Source: the human T2T-CHM13v2.0 reference genome, Homo sapiens. From it: a stretch of 64,000 nucleotides of DNA. Location: the NCBI RefSeq assembly GCF_009914755.1, contig NC_060926.1. One strand, given 5' to 3'. Below the pieces are notes generated by a model. That model saw only the letters and a list, made by a program, of their open reading frames with translations, searched no databases and had not been told where the DNA came from. The position numbers were made by a program, and so were the translations under genes. Positions within the stretch are counted from its first letter, which is position 1. Each line of letters begins with the position of its first letter. Of the stretch, positions 41,308 through 57,393 are shown in pieces.

Positions 41308-43401
41308 GATGTTTTTCTTTAAATATTTGAGCAAGTTATAATAGCTGTTTTAACATTCATGTCTACAATTCAATTACCTCTGTTATTTCTGTATCTCTAT
41401 TATTTTTCTCTGCATATGAGTCACATTTTCTTATTTATTTGAAGGCCTAATTTTTTTCTTCTGATTTGTTGGGTTTTATTTGCTCTTCTTTGATTTAGAG
41501 TTGTTAGTGTGTATGCTAATGTCATTGATTTAGGACCTTTAAATTTGTCTCCAAGCACTTCTTAGCTGCATCCACAAATTTTGATATGTTGACATGTTTC
41601 ACTTTATTCAATTCAAAATATTTTATAATTTCCCTTGTGGCTTCTTTTTTTACATAATTATTTAGGGGTGTGTTGTTTAATTTACAAATATTTAGGAATT
41701 TCCTATTTTTCTTTCTGTTATTGACCTCTTGGTTAAGACTGTTATGGTTAGAGATCATATTTTGTATGATTCTAATTATTTTAATTTTTTTGAAGAGGGT
41801 TTGTTTTCTGATTCAGAATATGATCTATATTGGCAAATATTCCATTTACACTTTTGAAAGGAATGCGTGTCTGTGTTTGTTGAGTAGAGTTTTGTGAATT
41901 TCAGTTAGGGTGTTAGTTGATAATGTTGTTCAGGTCTTCTATACTGTTATTTTCTGTCTACTTTTTCTATTGATTATTAAGAGGACTGTTGAAAGCTTCA
42001 ACTATGATTTTGGATTTGTTTATTCTTCCTTTGAGTTCTGTCGGTTTTTGCTTCATATATCTTGAAGCCCTGTTGTTGGTACATACACATTTAGGATTGT
42101 TACACCTTAATGAATTGATGCTTTTAATACTATATTTGACCCTATTTGTTCTTGTTAATATTTCTTGTTTTGAAGTCTACTTTGTATGATATTAAATGGC
42201 CACTCTATGTTTTGATTAGTGTTAGCATTGCACATCTTTTTCTACCATTTTACTTTTGATCTATCTACATTTAAAGTGGATTTTCAACAGCATATAGCTG
42301 GGTCTTGTTTTTTTCCAATATAATATGATGATCTGCGTCTTTTAAATGGTATGTTTATACTATTTATATTTAATGAAACTATTGGTATTTTTGGATTTAG
42401 GCTTACCATCTTACTATGTGTTTTCAGTTTGCTTCCTCTTTTTTGTTCCTGTGTTCCCTTTCCCTATCATCTTTTCACTTATTTAAATATTTTTTAGTTT
42501 TTTATTTTAATTCATCTGTTGGCTTTTTCATTATATTTATTTTGTTAATATTTCAGTGGTTTTTTGGATCACAGTATACATATCTAATCTTTTATAGTCT
42601 ATTTAATATTGTACCATTTCATGCAAAGTGCATATATCTTTTAGATTTTCCCAGATATTTATCATTTTATTATTTATCCCTTATTCCTAAAATCCAGATT
42701 TCCCGCTGGAATCATTTCCCTTCAGCCAGAAGAACTTTTCCTTCATCTCAGAATGTCTTTACTTGACCTTCACTCCTGAAGGGTGTTTTTGCTGGCTGTA
42801 GAATTTTGAGTTAACATTAATTTTGCTTCATCAGTTTAAATATGTGATTCTACTGTCTCCTGGCTTTTGTGGTTTCTGATGAGAAATTTGGGTAATTCAA
42901 ATATTGTTCTCCTATATATGTGGCCCTGTACAACTCCTGTGGACCATAGTTCCAATCGAAGTTCAATTTTCAAAAGTCTTGATGTGCTGATTTAGTCTAT
43001 CTTGCATAGGAATCATTATGGGTGATATTTTAAATCTTAGAACAGTTTCTAAAGCCTTTGCTATGCTACCTTTGGTTCTCTTCCATACACACACATCCTC
43101 AAAAGTGAGCCATGATTTTGTGGGTTTGTATACAGAATGTGAGAATCCCTTTCTCCAGCTCTATCTGAAGTCTCCTCCCACTTTCTGGCCTACAGGGATT
43201 TCTGTTCCTTATATCTCTGGTCAGAAAGATGGGATTTATTTTGGAATTGTAGGTAGGAAGCTCACCCTCTTGCAGGTTGCTTGTCCCAGTATGAATCACT
43301 TTTTACAATCAGCCTGCTTCTAAAAAATTATTTAACAGTAGAAAATTTTTAATTGTGGTAAAAAAGTATTACATAAAATTTATCATTTTAACCATTTCTA
43401 A

Positions 43402-43795
<394 letters not shown>

Positions 43796-43923
43796 ACACC
43801 AGAGCCTTTTTGTCTTGCACAACTCTATACCCATTAAGCAACAACTTTCCATTTTCCCCTCCCCAACGCCCTGGCAACCACCATTCTGCTTTTGCTATGA
43901 ATTTGACTAGCTACCTCATATAA

Positions 43924-44235
<312 letters not shown>

Positions 44236-47200
44236 AATCATACAGTATTTGTCTTATTTTGTGACTGGATTATTTCACTTAGATGAATGTCTTCAAGGTT
44301 CATCCATATTGTACCATGTGTCAGAATTTCATTCTTTTTTTAAAACTGAATGATATTCCTTTATATATATATATATATTTGATGTGTGTGCCACATTTTA
44401 TTTATTCATTCATCAGTTGATAGACACTTGGGTTGCTTCTACAACTTGGATATTGTGAATAGTGCTTCTATGAACATGGGTGTGCTAATGTCTCTTCAAG
44501 ATCCTGCTTTTAATTCTTTTGGATATATACCCAGAAGTGGAAATTGCTGGATCATATGTTAATTCTATTTTTAAATTTTTGAGGAGCCACTAAACTATTT
44601 TCTGTAACAGCTACCACCATTTTTCATTTTCACAACAGTGCACAAGAATTCCAGTTTCTTCATGTCCTCACAAACACTTGTTATTTTCTGTTTTCTGCTT
44701 TTTTTGTAATAGTCATCCTAATGAGTGTGAGGTAAAATCTCACTGTGGTTTTGATTAGCATTGCCCTAATGACAACCTAATTACTTTTGTTCACTTATCA
44801 TTGTTAACAGATTTTTGGGTTTGTTTTTTTTTTGGTATTTTGCCTAGTTTTAAAAAATTGTAATCAGTGGGAGAGATAAGCTTTGGGAAGCTAATCTTGC
44901 CATAACAGAACCAGAACTCTAGTAATTTTTAATTGACTGTCTGACATTGTGAGTTTTATGTTTCAAGTGATAGGTTTTGTTTTTGTTTCTTTGTTTGTTT
45001 TAAGTGTTGCACTTCGTTCCAGAAGGCAGTTAGATGTTTTGGGGAGTAGCTTGATGTTAGAGGACTTGTTTTTAATCATTACAGGGTTAGTATTGAATAG
45101 CCTTTATGCTAGGGCTAGTTTATTTAGCCTTAGTACTAAGGCATACCCATTCAGTATCTCTACTGAATACCTCATATTTTCAACAAGGTCTCTTCAATCT
45201 GATTGGTGGGAACTTGAAAAGTTCCCAGTCCTAACTGAACTTGGGAATCATTCAGTGTGCAGTTACCTGGAAACTGTTCTTTTCTTGGCAGTTTTTTTTA
45301 CCTGGCATTGTGGAATTTCACACTCTGGGCACACAAATTAATATTCAGCCAGAAACTCAAAGGACGTTATATAAGTTTTTAGAGCTCTTTGTGCAGCTTC
45401 CTCCTGTATGGTATTATCCCGATTATCCCGTAACTTCTATTCTTCTTAGTTTACTTGAATTCCAATTTCTGCCTCCAACTCAGTGGCACTGCTGGACTCT
45501 GTTTTTGTTCTACACCTTGCACCACAGGGATGCCTCTAGGGATTTTTTTGTTTGTTTCCCTTCTATTAGGGATCATGGTCCTGCACTGCCTGTTGTCTAT
45601 TTGAAATTAGCTGTTTTATGTATTTTGTCTTTTCTTATAGTTGTTTATAGCAGAAGGATAAATGCCAGAGCAGTTACATTTTTTTGTGGATAGAAGCAGA
45701 AGTCCATCTCTTTGTAGCTTTGCTTTGTGTTTTGAGCTGTTTCTTCCACTTAAGCTTCTACTTTGATTTTCAGCAATGATAATACTTCTTTTCAATTCAG
45801 CTATGGAATTTTGGAATCAGAAAATCATGCTTAATTCTAAAAAGTTATTTTTGTGTTATAATTGAATCTCATGTATTCTTTTTATCTTTGGGTTAAAGTT
45901 GTCTATCCTTTTTTTTTTTTAGCATTTCTCTTTCATTGGTAGCTTCTTAATCTTTTTCTTGAGTTGTTTGGATTACATTAAGCACATTGTTAGTTTTTAA
46001 AAATCTTACATATATTCACTCTCGGGGTATACAGCTTTTGGAGGTAACTTGAGTATTAGTAGCAAACTCCTGAATAGAAGGAGGGAAAATGGTTTCCTCC
46101 TATGGGTTGTTGATGTATCAGCTAAAAATCTGTAAGACTTTTGTTCTGTCAAGATAAAGTCCAACATTTTTAGCATGGTAGATAATGTCCCCATCATTCC
46201 ACTAACATCTCTTGCCACCTTCTTAAATGCACCCTGTGTTAAGATATTCTATCTGGGATTCCACATACAACCCATTTTCTTATGCGTTTGTACTTTTGTA
46301 ACCACAATATCTTCTGCCTGGTATACTTTTCCCCACTCTTGTCCTTCCAGGATATTCTTTCTTATTGATACTTTGAGATTCAGCTGGGCAGGACTTTCAC
46401 TTCAAGAATGGCAGGGCATCGCTCAATAGGCTGATCAGTGATGAGGGAGGATCAGAGAAAAGAACACCCACTGGGCAGGTTATTCTGAAGTAGAGAGCCA
46501 AATAGTTTCTGTGCTATGTACATGCTGTACATTAGTCATATTCAGAAGAGAAGTAGGCACCATAGGATATAAGTCTCCTATCATATTTCCAGAAAAACAT
46601 TAAGGAGAGGTGGTGTAATGACAGAATCTTATTCCCCAATACTTCTGAGAAGCTAGAGGCTTCATTTCATGGGCCAAGGCAGGAACACTGAAGAGAAAGA
46701 GAAAATGGTTACAGTCCTGATTTTCCTCCTCACACACAATTCATGATTTTGTCACTGGGCTCAAGAGTCTTCTCTGTATTCCAAATCTTGTCGTGATCCT
46801 GGAAACTTCAGTTTCAAAGACCCATTCAAACATTCTCAACTTCAGTGATGTTCATCTGCCCTCCAAACAAAAAAACATTTCCTTTGGCCATACCTGAAAT
46901 TTGACCTGCCCAGATTTGAAATTTTAATCTTCAAATTTTATTTTTTTACTAACTTAAAAAAATCAGACTAGTTCTTACACATCTGTACACATTATACTTT
47001 TTTTTTTGGCACATACTGATACTTTGAGTCCTTGAAGCTCCATCTCCTTTCAAAGTAACAGCACCCTTCTAGTTGTGTTATTATCCAGCATAGACACCAG
47101 GGTACATAAATTCAATTACTCTCTGGTCAATATTCTCAACTTTCCTACAGTTTGTCATTTCACTGTATCCGGCTCCACAACCACAAATAAAAAACAATGC

Positions 47201-47651
47201 AATCTTGGGATTTCCCCAATATAGGAAGGGTATTTGGATGCTGAACTGCCAAAAATAGCAAGTGGAGTGGGGATTGTCTTCTTTATTTCAACATATGGGT
47301 TTCTGGAAAAAAATAACAACCATAAATATTAGTATTAATCATCATAGAAATGTGCTATCATTAATAATACATATCTATTTACGTATATAATGTAAACCCA
47401 ACCAATTCCTTGTGGAAATCCAAGTCTTCATGGTACTATGCCTAGACAAATATTGGTCCCAAAGTTCACATAGAGAGAATAACATGTTGTTTTGAAAATA
47501 TAAACAAAATAATGAGAATGTTAGAGCTGTATCACAACATACCATTGTGGTATCATGTGCAAGTTTACCTGACTAAAGACAGTTTTAGGGGGTCTGCATG
47601 ATATGATTAGGATAGTTAACTTACCTAATTTAATCCATGAAACACTATCTT

Positions 47652-48190
47652 AATCATTCAGTATTCTCAATTGCAAACAAAATAAAACCAACTCTGTCTA
47701 AATTAGAAGCAAAAAGATTTTTTTTTTGGAAAGATATCACACAGAATAGTTCATAAAAAGTTTGGAGAAAAAAACCTTGAAAAATGGGTGGGAATCAAGG
47801 GAGAAAAGGCTGAGAAAACATCCTATCATAAAAATAATCTACAAAGGACACTTATTGTATTGTTGCAGATAAACTTACTCCCATTCTGCTGATTCTTCCT
47901 TCTGTTGCCACTACTAAAGAAAATCATGATACAAAGCCCCAGTTATGTTTCCTGCGAGGAGCCGAAAAGAAACAAAACAACAAAGTCCCAGTTGACTAAA
48001 CCTCAATCCAACTGATCAAGCCTTGATCACATGTATACTTCTAGCTTCTAGGGAATGGGGAGAGGGAATATTTGTTCTTTGGTGTTTGCAGAGGGAAGCA
48101 AGGTCCTGTTTCCCCATATCTTGGGATTCTCCCAATACAGGAAGGATATTTAGATGTTTAGCTGCCAAAAATAGCAAGTGTCCACTCTGT
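47652..48190 (-). mobile_element. Old MaLR LTR (MLT1K/L/M-like)
   Basis: attgcaaacaaaataaaaccaactctgtctaa start; ccaaaaatagcaagtgtccact end. Confidence 0.55.
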
Positions 48191-48519
48191 CCTTCAAATA
48201 ACCCTTCCTAAGTATTATTTATCTCGGCCAAGATTTTGATCTGTATCAGACAGTATGAGTTCAAGATTGTATTTACTGACAACTACCTGGAGTGCTGCTA
48301 GTCAGTGTTGCCAATTAAATAACAGACAGTTGAATTGTTTAACAGAGAGTTGAATTGGGAGTAGGATTAATAGCCTCTTATAAAAGTTAAGTTTTCTGAA
48401 GTAGACATAGGTCTGACTAGAAGGCCACCACTGGTGCAAAGCAAGTTGTGGGAGCATCCATTTGCATGGCCAAGAGTCCACTTTTAAAAATGTTTATGAA
48501 CTTTAAAAAATGATCATGA

Positions 48520-48862
<343 letters not shown>

Positions 48863-48964
48863 TTAGCAAAACCATAATAATATTAGCCTAGAAAAATTCA
48901 AGACAGGGATAATTGATACCTCCTTAGCCATTACAAAAAAAAAATCAGTAAAGGTCCCATAGAA

Positions 48965-49324
48965 CAGCAGTCCCCAGGCTTTTTTGGTACCAGGGTCCAG
49001 TTTCATGGAAGACAGTTTTCCCATAGATGGGAGTGGTGGGGTGGGGGTGCAGGGGGTGATGGTTTCAGGATGAAACTATTCCACCTCAGATCATCAGGCA
49101 TTAGATTTTCATAAAAAGTATGCAACCTAGACCCCTCATATGCACAGTTTACAATAGGGCTTGCACTCCTATGAGAATCTAATGGCACTGCCTATTTGAC
49201 AGGAGGCAGAGCTCAAGTGGTAATGCTTGCTCACCTGCCTGCTGCTAACCTCCTGCTGTGTGGCTCGGTTGCTAAAAGCCCACGGACCAGTACTAGTCCA
49301 CGGCCCAGGAGTTGGGCACCCCTG
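48965..49324. mobile_element. MER1B-like (hAT-Charlie) MITE
   Basis: cagcagtcccc...gttgggcacccctg with a perfect 8-bp TSD ccatagaa (48957-48964, 49325-49332). Confidence 0.92.
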
Positions 49325-50544
49325 CCATAGAATACAATGCCTAGCTTTGAAATTTGCTACTGAGTATTGCTACTGTTTGGTATATTTGTAAAAAAGGTGA
49401 CCAAGAAACGTACTCCAAAGTAATTGAAAGTGGAAAGTTTCATGAGATTTTTTCTTTTGATAAAAATGGATGTGGAAAAAATTTTATGTGAAAGTTGTAT
49501 TTTGTATAGATAATGTGGTTACATAGCTAAAAATAGTACTGAGTGCAAAATTTCCTCATATCCCACCTGTCCAGTGCTTTCCCCACCATAGTTAACTACT
49601 TAAATTGATTTTTATAATCCTTCCAGTCACTTTTATGCAAACTTAAGCAAATATATACATATAGTCTTGTTTGCCCATTTTATTTATTCATTTATTTTAT
49701 GTACTTATTTTAAATTTATTTATTTTTAGTTTTCATGGTTACATAGTAGGTTTATATGACACCTTTAAAAAAACACAAAAGTGTCATACCATATTCACTT
49801 CTTTCCACCTTGCTATTTTTTAAAACTTAGATATTAGAGGAACGTACAAATTTTCTCACTCTTTTTCCTTTAAATAACAAGCCATTGCATGCATATACCA
49901 TAATATTAAAAAATTTAGTCCTCTATTGAAGGAGATTTGAGTTGATTCCTCCCATACAATAACATAGTTTGTTTTAGCATTTGACATCAAGTGTTCTTTG
50001 GTGTCTTTGAGTAGTGTGTTCAAGTTTTCTTTTTATAGGTCTTGACCGTTTCTTGTCAAGTTTATTACTACATACTGTATTTTGGGAAAGAGTATTGAAA
50101 ATGAAACCCTCCCACAATTTATATTTTCTACCAGTTGTTTTTATATATAAACCATAGTGATTTATAGATAATGATTTTGCATTATACTAATGTATTGAAT
50201 CCTTTTGCTATTTTTGGTAATTTTGCAGTTAATTATTTTGAGTTTTCCAAATATATAATTACCTGCATTTTTGTGGTTGTATTGGCTGGCACTTTCAGTC
50301 CCTGTTAAACAACAGTGATGACAATGACCTACTTGTCCCTGACTGTAGTGTCAATGCTTCTAATGTGTCCCATAAAACATGCTGTGGGCTTTGGGGACAC
50401 ACTAGACCATTTTACTATATTAAAGAAGTATCTTTCTATTTCTATTTTGTTCAGTTTCTTTTTTTTTAATAAAAAATGGTTGTTGGATATTTTTCTTTTT
50501 ATTTTCCTTTCCTTTCTTTTTCTCTCTGTCTCTCATTTTTCTTT

Positions 50545-50832
50545 TCTTTTTTTTTGGAGACAGAGTCTCACTTCCATTTCCCAGGCTGGAGTGCAGTGGC
50601 ATGATCTTGGCTCACTGCAGTTATGACTCCCCAGGTTCAGGTGATTGTCCCATCTCAGCCTCCTTAGTACCTGGGACTACAGGTATGCACCACCACGCCT
50701 GGCTAGTTTGTATATTTTTTTGTAGAAACAGGGTTTTGCCATGTTGCCTAGGTTGGTCTCCAACTCCTGGGCTCAAGCGATCCACCTGCCTCAGCCTCCC
50801 AAAGTGCTGGGATTACAGGCGTGTGCCTGGCC
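50545..50832 (-). mobile_element. AluJ
   Basis: Diverged Alu consensus with a T-rich tail. Confidence 0.9.
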
Positions 50833-51175
50833 AAATATGCTTATATTTAAATTGTGATGTGTCATCCTAAAAAGTTATTCTTTGAATCTCAATTATTATA
50901 GGTGAGGTAATCACTGAACATACTGTTTCTGCCAACTTCCTATACTTCTTAATGGAAGTTAATTCCTTTTGGATTTATTTTTAGTGTCTTTCATTTTATC
51001 TCAAAGAGCCGTTCATTTTTTCCCTCTGTACTTTGAATCCACGCTTCTTTCCTTCTTACTGAGATCCTAATCCATCATCTTCTATTCTTTACCTTCAGCA
51101 TTTTCTTTTTCTATAGACATTTTTCTTTCATAGTATGCACATTCTCAAGTCTTCATTATCTTAAAAAATAACTGG

Positions 51176-51433
51176 GGGCTGTGTGCAGTGGCTCATGCCT
51201 GTAAATCCCAGCATTTTGGGAAGCCAATGTGAGAGGATTTTTTACAAAACATAAAAAATATTAGCTGAGCATGGTGGTGTGCACCTCTAGTCCCACCTAC
51301 TTCAGAGGCCCAGGTGGGAGGATCACTTAAGCCTAGGAGTCTGAGGCTGCAGTGAACTTTGATCATGCCACTTCACTCCAGCTGGGGTGACAGACTGAGA
51401 TCCTGTCTCTAAAAAAACAAACAAATAAATAAA
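51176..51433 (+). mobile_element. AluJ with a deletion in the left arm
   Basis: gagaggatt|tttacaaaa junction. Confidence 0.88.
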
Positions 51434-51435
51434 CA

Positions 51436-52081
51436 ACTGTCAGCAAAATCTCAGGAGACAAAATCAACGTGCGAAAATCACAAGCATTCCTCTGCACCAA
51501 CAACAGACAAGCAGAGAGCCAAATCATGAATGAACTTCCAATCACAGTTGCTACAAAGTGAATAAAATACTTAGGAATACAGTTAACAAGGGAAGTGAAG
51601 GACCTCTTCAAGGAGAACTACAAACCACTGCTCAAGGAAATCAGAGAGGACTCAAACAAATGGAAAAACATTCCAGGGTCATGGATAGGAAGAATCAATA
51701 TCATGAAAATGTCCATACTGCCCAAAGTAATTTATAGGTTCAGTGCTATTCCCATCAAACTACCATTGACATTCTTTACAGAATTAGAAAAATCTACTTT
51801 AAATTTCATATTGAACAACAACAACAAAAAGCCTGCGTAGCCAAGACAATCCTAAGCAAAAAGAACAAAGCAGAGGCATCATGCTACCTGACTTCAAACT
51901 ATACTACAAGGCTACAGTAACCAAACAGCATGGTATGAGTACAAAAACAGACACGTAGACCAATGGAACAAAATAGAGAACTCAGAAATAAAACCACACA
52001 TCTACAACCATCTGATCTTTGACAAACTGACAAAAGTAAGCAAATTCCCTATTTAATAAATGGTGCTGGAAGAACTGCCTA

Positions 52082-52085
<4 letters not shown>
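51436..52085 (+). mobile_element. L1PA ORF2 internal fragment
   Basis: [35 protein letters not shown]...PIKLP. Confidence 0.92.
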
Positions 52086-52333
<248 letters not shown>

Positions 52334-52583
52334 GTTCAAGACCTTTGGTCTTCACAGATTCATAAAAAATCTGTAGTTTTAGCATAGCGTAAAACATTTT
52401 AAATCTCTCGTCTGTGTTTTCTTTCATGATTGCTTTTGAAAAATTATATATATTCACTGTAAATAATTTTAAAAATGTAGAAAAGCACAAAAATTAAAGA
52501 AAATAGCCTAAGTTCCACTATTCAGAAATTACCATCACTAACATTAGGTAAATATTCCATATATCTTTTAATGCAAATTTGTA

Positions 52584-52798
52584 AAGTTGGCCCTTCATAT
52601 CCCTGTGTTCTGCATTTGTGTGTTCAGCCAAGTGCGGATCAAAAATACAGTATTTGTGGGATGTGGAACCCACGGACACAGAGAGCCCTCTTTTCCTATT
52701 TCAAATTCTGCAGGGCTTACTGTGGGATTTTACCATCAGCAGATTTTAGAATTCTTGGGGGTCCTGGAACCAATGACCTGTGGACACCAATGGATGAC

Positions 52799-52800
<2 letters not shown>
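52584..52800. mobile_element. MER8-like (TcMar-Tigger) MITE
   Basis: agttggcccttcatatcc...aaaatacagtatt...gggggtcctggaaccaat...gatgactc. Confidence 0.75.
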
Positions 52801-52845
<45 letters not shown>

Positions 52846-52868
52846 GTGTGTGTGCACGCGTGTGTGTA
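52800..52868. repeat. (TATC)n plus (TG)n compound microsatellite
   Basis: Direct reading, about 11 TATC units. Confidence 0.95.
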
Positions 52869-54632
52869 TAGGCAGAAATGTGATATTAAAAATAGGTTGG
52901 AAGATATAAAAATAATTTTATAAAAGGGGATCATACTATAGATTCTATTTTAAATAAAATAATAAATTTAATTTTATGTAAATTTAATAGATGGAAAAGA
53001 GACTGCAGTTAATAAAGTAATGTTGAACTTTAAGTAAATGCCTATTCACCAAAGGATTTATTTCTTTTGACATTGTTTTTATGGTTAAATAGTATTATTA
53101 AAAAACTCAAGAAATTGAAGCATGATGTTTTATTTAATGAATGTTCAATTTCAGACAGTATTGCTTGATACGCTGGTATGGAAAATAAGAATATCAGCAC
53201 TCTTATACATCCTCCTGGCTTAACACCCTTCAACTTTTATAAGTTACATTGTTATGTTGTCTATGTTTATGATATTCACAGTCTATTTATTACTGTAATT
53301 CCTGCAGTTGTTTTGTTGTTCTTTATTTGTAGTATATGTAAATGAATTTAATGTTTTTTCATCTATCTTACTATTTTTTCACTATGGTTTCTTTATTCCT
53401 GAAAATTTTAGTTTGATTAATCTTTTAATTGTCTGATTCATTGGCAAGAAGGAGTTATGGCTTTGTAATCTCTGTGTTTTTTTAATATTTGATGATGTCT
53501 GCCTGTTGCCTTTGTGTATGAATAACATCTTGACTCTTAACATGTTCCCTGGTGAAAGTGTACCCACTTTAGGGAGCAGGACTCCTAGCTTTACCCAACC
53601 CAGAGCTGCAATGATGAGAAATGAAGTCCTCCAACAGGTCATTGGTAGTAACAGTGAGGCCACTCCTGCTTCTACCTGTTAGTTCCAGACCACATATGCT
53701 TTCTGTTGTGACACTGCTTCATATAAAAGTCTTCGATACAGGAAGTGTTGTGCTTGGGGATGACACTCCATTCTTGAAAAGTTATTGTTGAAGAGACTTG
53801 GAGCAAGATGGCTGACTAGAGACACCTGATGCTTGTTTCTCCAACAAAAAAGGACTGAGTCAACGAATAAACAGATAAAATTTGACTGAAGCGTCAAAGG
53901 GAGAGTGCTGAAGTGCAGTAGGGGAGTAAAGATACACCTGTGGTGATTAGGAGACCAAGAGGGCAGAGTAGAGGCAGCTGGCCTCGGCAGCCCCATCTTT
54001 CGTGCTTGGATTGGATCTGCCTGGAGTCAGGAGAGACTTCCATTTCAGGGAAAAGGTAAGCAGAAGATAAGCCCCAATTTACATCACAAACACCTACAAT
54101 TCTTACTACAGGAGAACCTTACAGTCCTCGCAAACCCTGAGTCCAGTTTGTAGAGCTGCTGGGAATTTACATAGCTATATTGCCCTGGTTAGGAGCACAA
54201 GGTTTGTACTCCCCACCCTCCACTTACCCGCTGTAAGCCAAGCTACTCGGTAGCTTGGTACAGGCATGGGATTATCTTGAGATCAGAGAAAGCTCTGGAG
54301 TGTGCCCTCTTTGAGGGTTAGTAGCCACTGCACTTCTCCAGCACTGGGGCTCCATCTTCATTCCACCAAACCCACATTGGTGGCTGAACACCACAACCCC
54401 AGCAGTGGGGAGCATGGGCCCAGACTGGCTGTTACTCTTGTCCTTCACAGCAGGGAAACCAACCCCCACTGCCTTCACTTCCAGCTGAAGGAAAAGCCTG
54501 GCAGTCCCACCCAGGATGAACCCACTCTAGAGCTGGCCAAGCTGTTGCATGCCTCCCCCAAGTAGGAGAGGCCCTCAAGCCTTTGAGTAGTTGACATGGT
54601 CCTAGCTGGCAGGATGGTTATGTACCCATACC

Positions 54633-55350
54633 CAGGGCCTGATGAAGAGCCCTGTGGTGCTTCGACCACTACAGACAAGCCCTTGGCCAGCCCAACGGCC
54701 CTGTGCCTGTAGTCAGGGACTTAGAAACAGCTCTGGGGGCTGCTCCTGGCAGAGGTGCCCCAGGTTCAGCTGAGCAGCTGTGTGCCTGCATCCTAGGCCT
54801 GAGAAGCAGCCCCACAGGCAGCCACTGGCAGACACGCCCCCAGGCCAGCCAGCTGAGCAGCTGTGTACCTGCATCTTGGGCCTAAAAAATAGCCTCCTGG
54901 GCCATGCCCAGCAGACATGCCCCTAGGCCAGCTGAGCAGCCATGGGCCTGTGTCTGGGAACTAAGAAAGAGCCCTGTGGGATCCCCCAGTAGATGTTCCC
55001 CCAGGCTGGCCAAGTAACCTTGTGCTCACATCCCAGGTCTGAGAAACAGTCCTGTGCGCTGCTCCTGGCAGGCACACTCCCAGGCTGGCCAAGCGGCTTT
55101 GCGTTCTAGGCCTGAGAGAGAGCTTTATGGGGCACCCACCCTCAGAAGACACACACGCCGGCCAGCTGAGAAGCTGGGTGACCACATCCTGGGAATGAGA
55201 AATAGCCTTACAGCCTGTCCCTGGCAAATATACCCCTAGGCTGACAGAGTGACTCTGTGCACATGCTCCTGGCCAGAATAACAGCCCCATAGCCCCAAGT
55301 TGGCTTACCCACCATGGCATGCATGTGCTCCTAACCTGAGAAACAGCCCA
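54633..55350 (+). repeat. Diverged ~75-80 bp tandem monomer array in the L1 5'UTR (about 9-10 copies)
   Basis: Recurring ggcctgagaa(a/g)cagccc...ggcagaca..ccccaggcca-gctgagcagc unit. Confidence 0.85.
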
Positions 55351-56588
55351 GTGTACCCACTCCCAATAAAGCTGTGCCACTGCCACCACAAACTCTCTCA
55401 GCCTAGGACACTGAGACACTTGCAAACATTACTATTATAGCAGGGATTAGTCAAAGAAATTGCACAAAGACTACACTATTGCATCCACTTACAACCAAAG
55501 CCAATGCACTCCACTGAATTGACACTTTAAGACCCATTCATATGAATAAGTCTTTCCCTGTGAAACCTATTCCATAAAATTGGAAGAGGTGACTTTTCCA
55601 ACAGATGTGTAGAAAGCAATGTAGGAACATAAACATGGAAAAGTAAGAAAATATAACACTTCCAAAGGTACACAATAATTCTCCAATAACAGACCCCAAC
55701 CATAATGAATACATGAAATGCCAGAAGAAGAATTCAAATAAAAAATCTGAAGGAAACTCAGTAAGATACGGAGATAAGATAAGAGAATACAGATAGACAA
55801 TTCAATGAAATCAGGTAAACAACTCATGAATGAGAAATTCAATGAAGAGATTGATGTTACAAAAAAGAACCAAACAGAAAGTGTATACCTGAAGAATTCA
55901 ATGAATGAAATAAAAAATCATCGAGAGCTTTAATAGCAAACCAGACATACTTAAAGACTTGTCATTTGAAGTAACGCAGACAAAAAAAAACTTTTAAAAT
56001 AAGAGAAAAGAATAAAAAAGATAGAACAAAGCCTACAGGATATATTGGACACCATTAAGTGAACATTATGAGCATTCCAGAAGGAGAAGAGAAGGGAAAA
56101 GGTGAGGAAAACATATTGAATGAAATCATAGCAGAAAACTTCCAAAGTCTTGGGAGAGAAATGGACATTCAGGTTTAGGAAACTCAAAGAATGCCAAATA
56201 GATTCAACCCAAACAGGTCTTCTCTGGGGCACATTATAGTCAAGTTGCCAGTGTCAAAGATAAAGAATTCTAAAAGCAGAAAGAGAAAAGCATCAGGTCA
56301 CATATAAAGGAATCCTCATTAGACTACAGTGGATTTTTCAGCACAAACCTTACAAGCCAAGAGAGAATGGAATGATATAGTCAAAGTACTGAAAGAAACA
56401 AAAAAAAAGAATATTATACCCAGAAAAACTATCCTTCAGAAATGAAAGAGAAATAAAATCTTTCACAGACAAGCAAAAACTAAGGGAACTAATTACCACT
56501 AGACTGGCCTTACAAAAAAATGCTCAAAGGAGCTTTACGTCTGTAAGTGAAAAGACTACAATCATCATTATGAAAATATTTGAAACTA

Positions 56589-56921
<333 letters not shown>

Positions 56922-57162
56922 TCAACAGCAACAGAAAACAACTCATTCATAGAGCTGATACACAAAGGAGAAAGAGAATCAAACCGTATCAGTACAGAAA
57001 GCTGCCCAACCACAAAAATAAGCAATTAGAGAAGAAGTAAGGAGGAAAGGATATACAAAACACCCAGAAAACAATAAATCAGATGACAGGAGTAAATCCT
57101 CACCTATCAACAATAACCCCGAATGTAAATGGATTAAATTCCCTTTTAAAAGATATAGTCTA

Positions 57163-57393
57163 GGCCAGGCTCAGTGGCTCATGCCCGTAATCCCAGCACT
57201 TTGGGAGGCTGAAGTGAGAGGATTGCTTGAGCCCAGGAATTTGACACCAGCCTGAGCAACATAGTGAGATCTTGTTGCTACAAAAAATGAAAATAAAATA
57301 AAAAATTAGTGTGGTGACATGTGCTGTGGTCCCAGTTACTTGGCAGGCTGAAGTGGGAGGATTGCTTGAGCTCAGGAGATTGAGGCTGCAGTA
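57163..57393 (+). mobile_element. AluJ lacking its 3' end and tail
   Basis: Ends gaggctgcagt, then the L1 sequence resumes. Confidence 0.9.

Noticed and set aside
44949-45693. Hydrophobic 130-150 aa ORFs resembling membrane proteins
   Set aside because: T-rich strand of probable degraded L1M sequence yields Phe/Leu-rich ORFs by chance.
54633-55350. Periodic repeats resembling a CRISPR array
   Set aside because: Human DNA, diverged contiguous monomers with no unique spacers, located inside an L1 5'UTR, and no cas genes.
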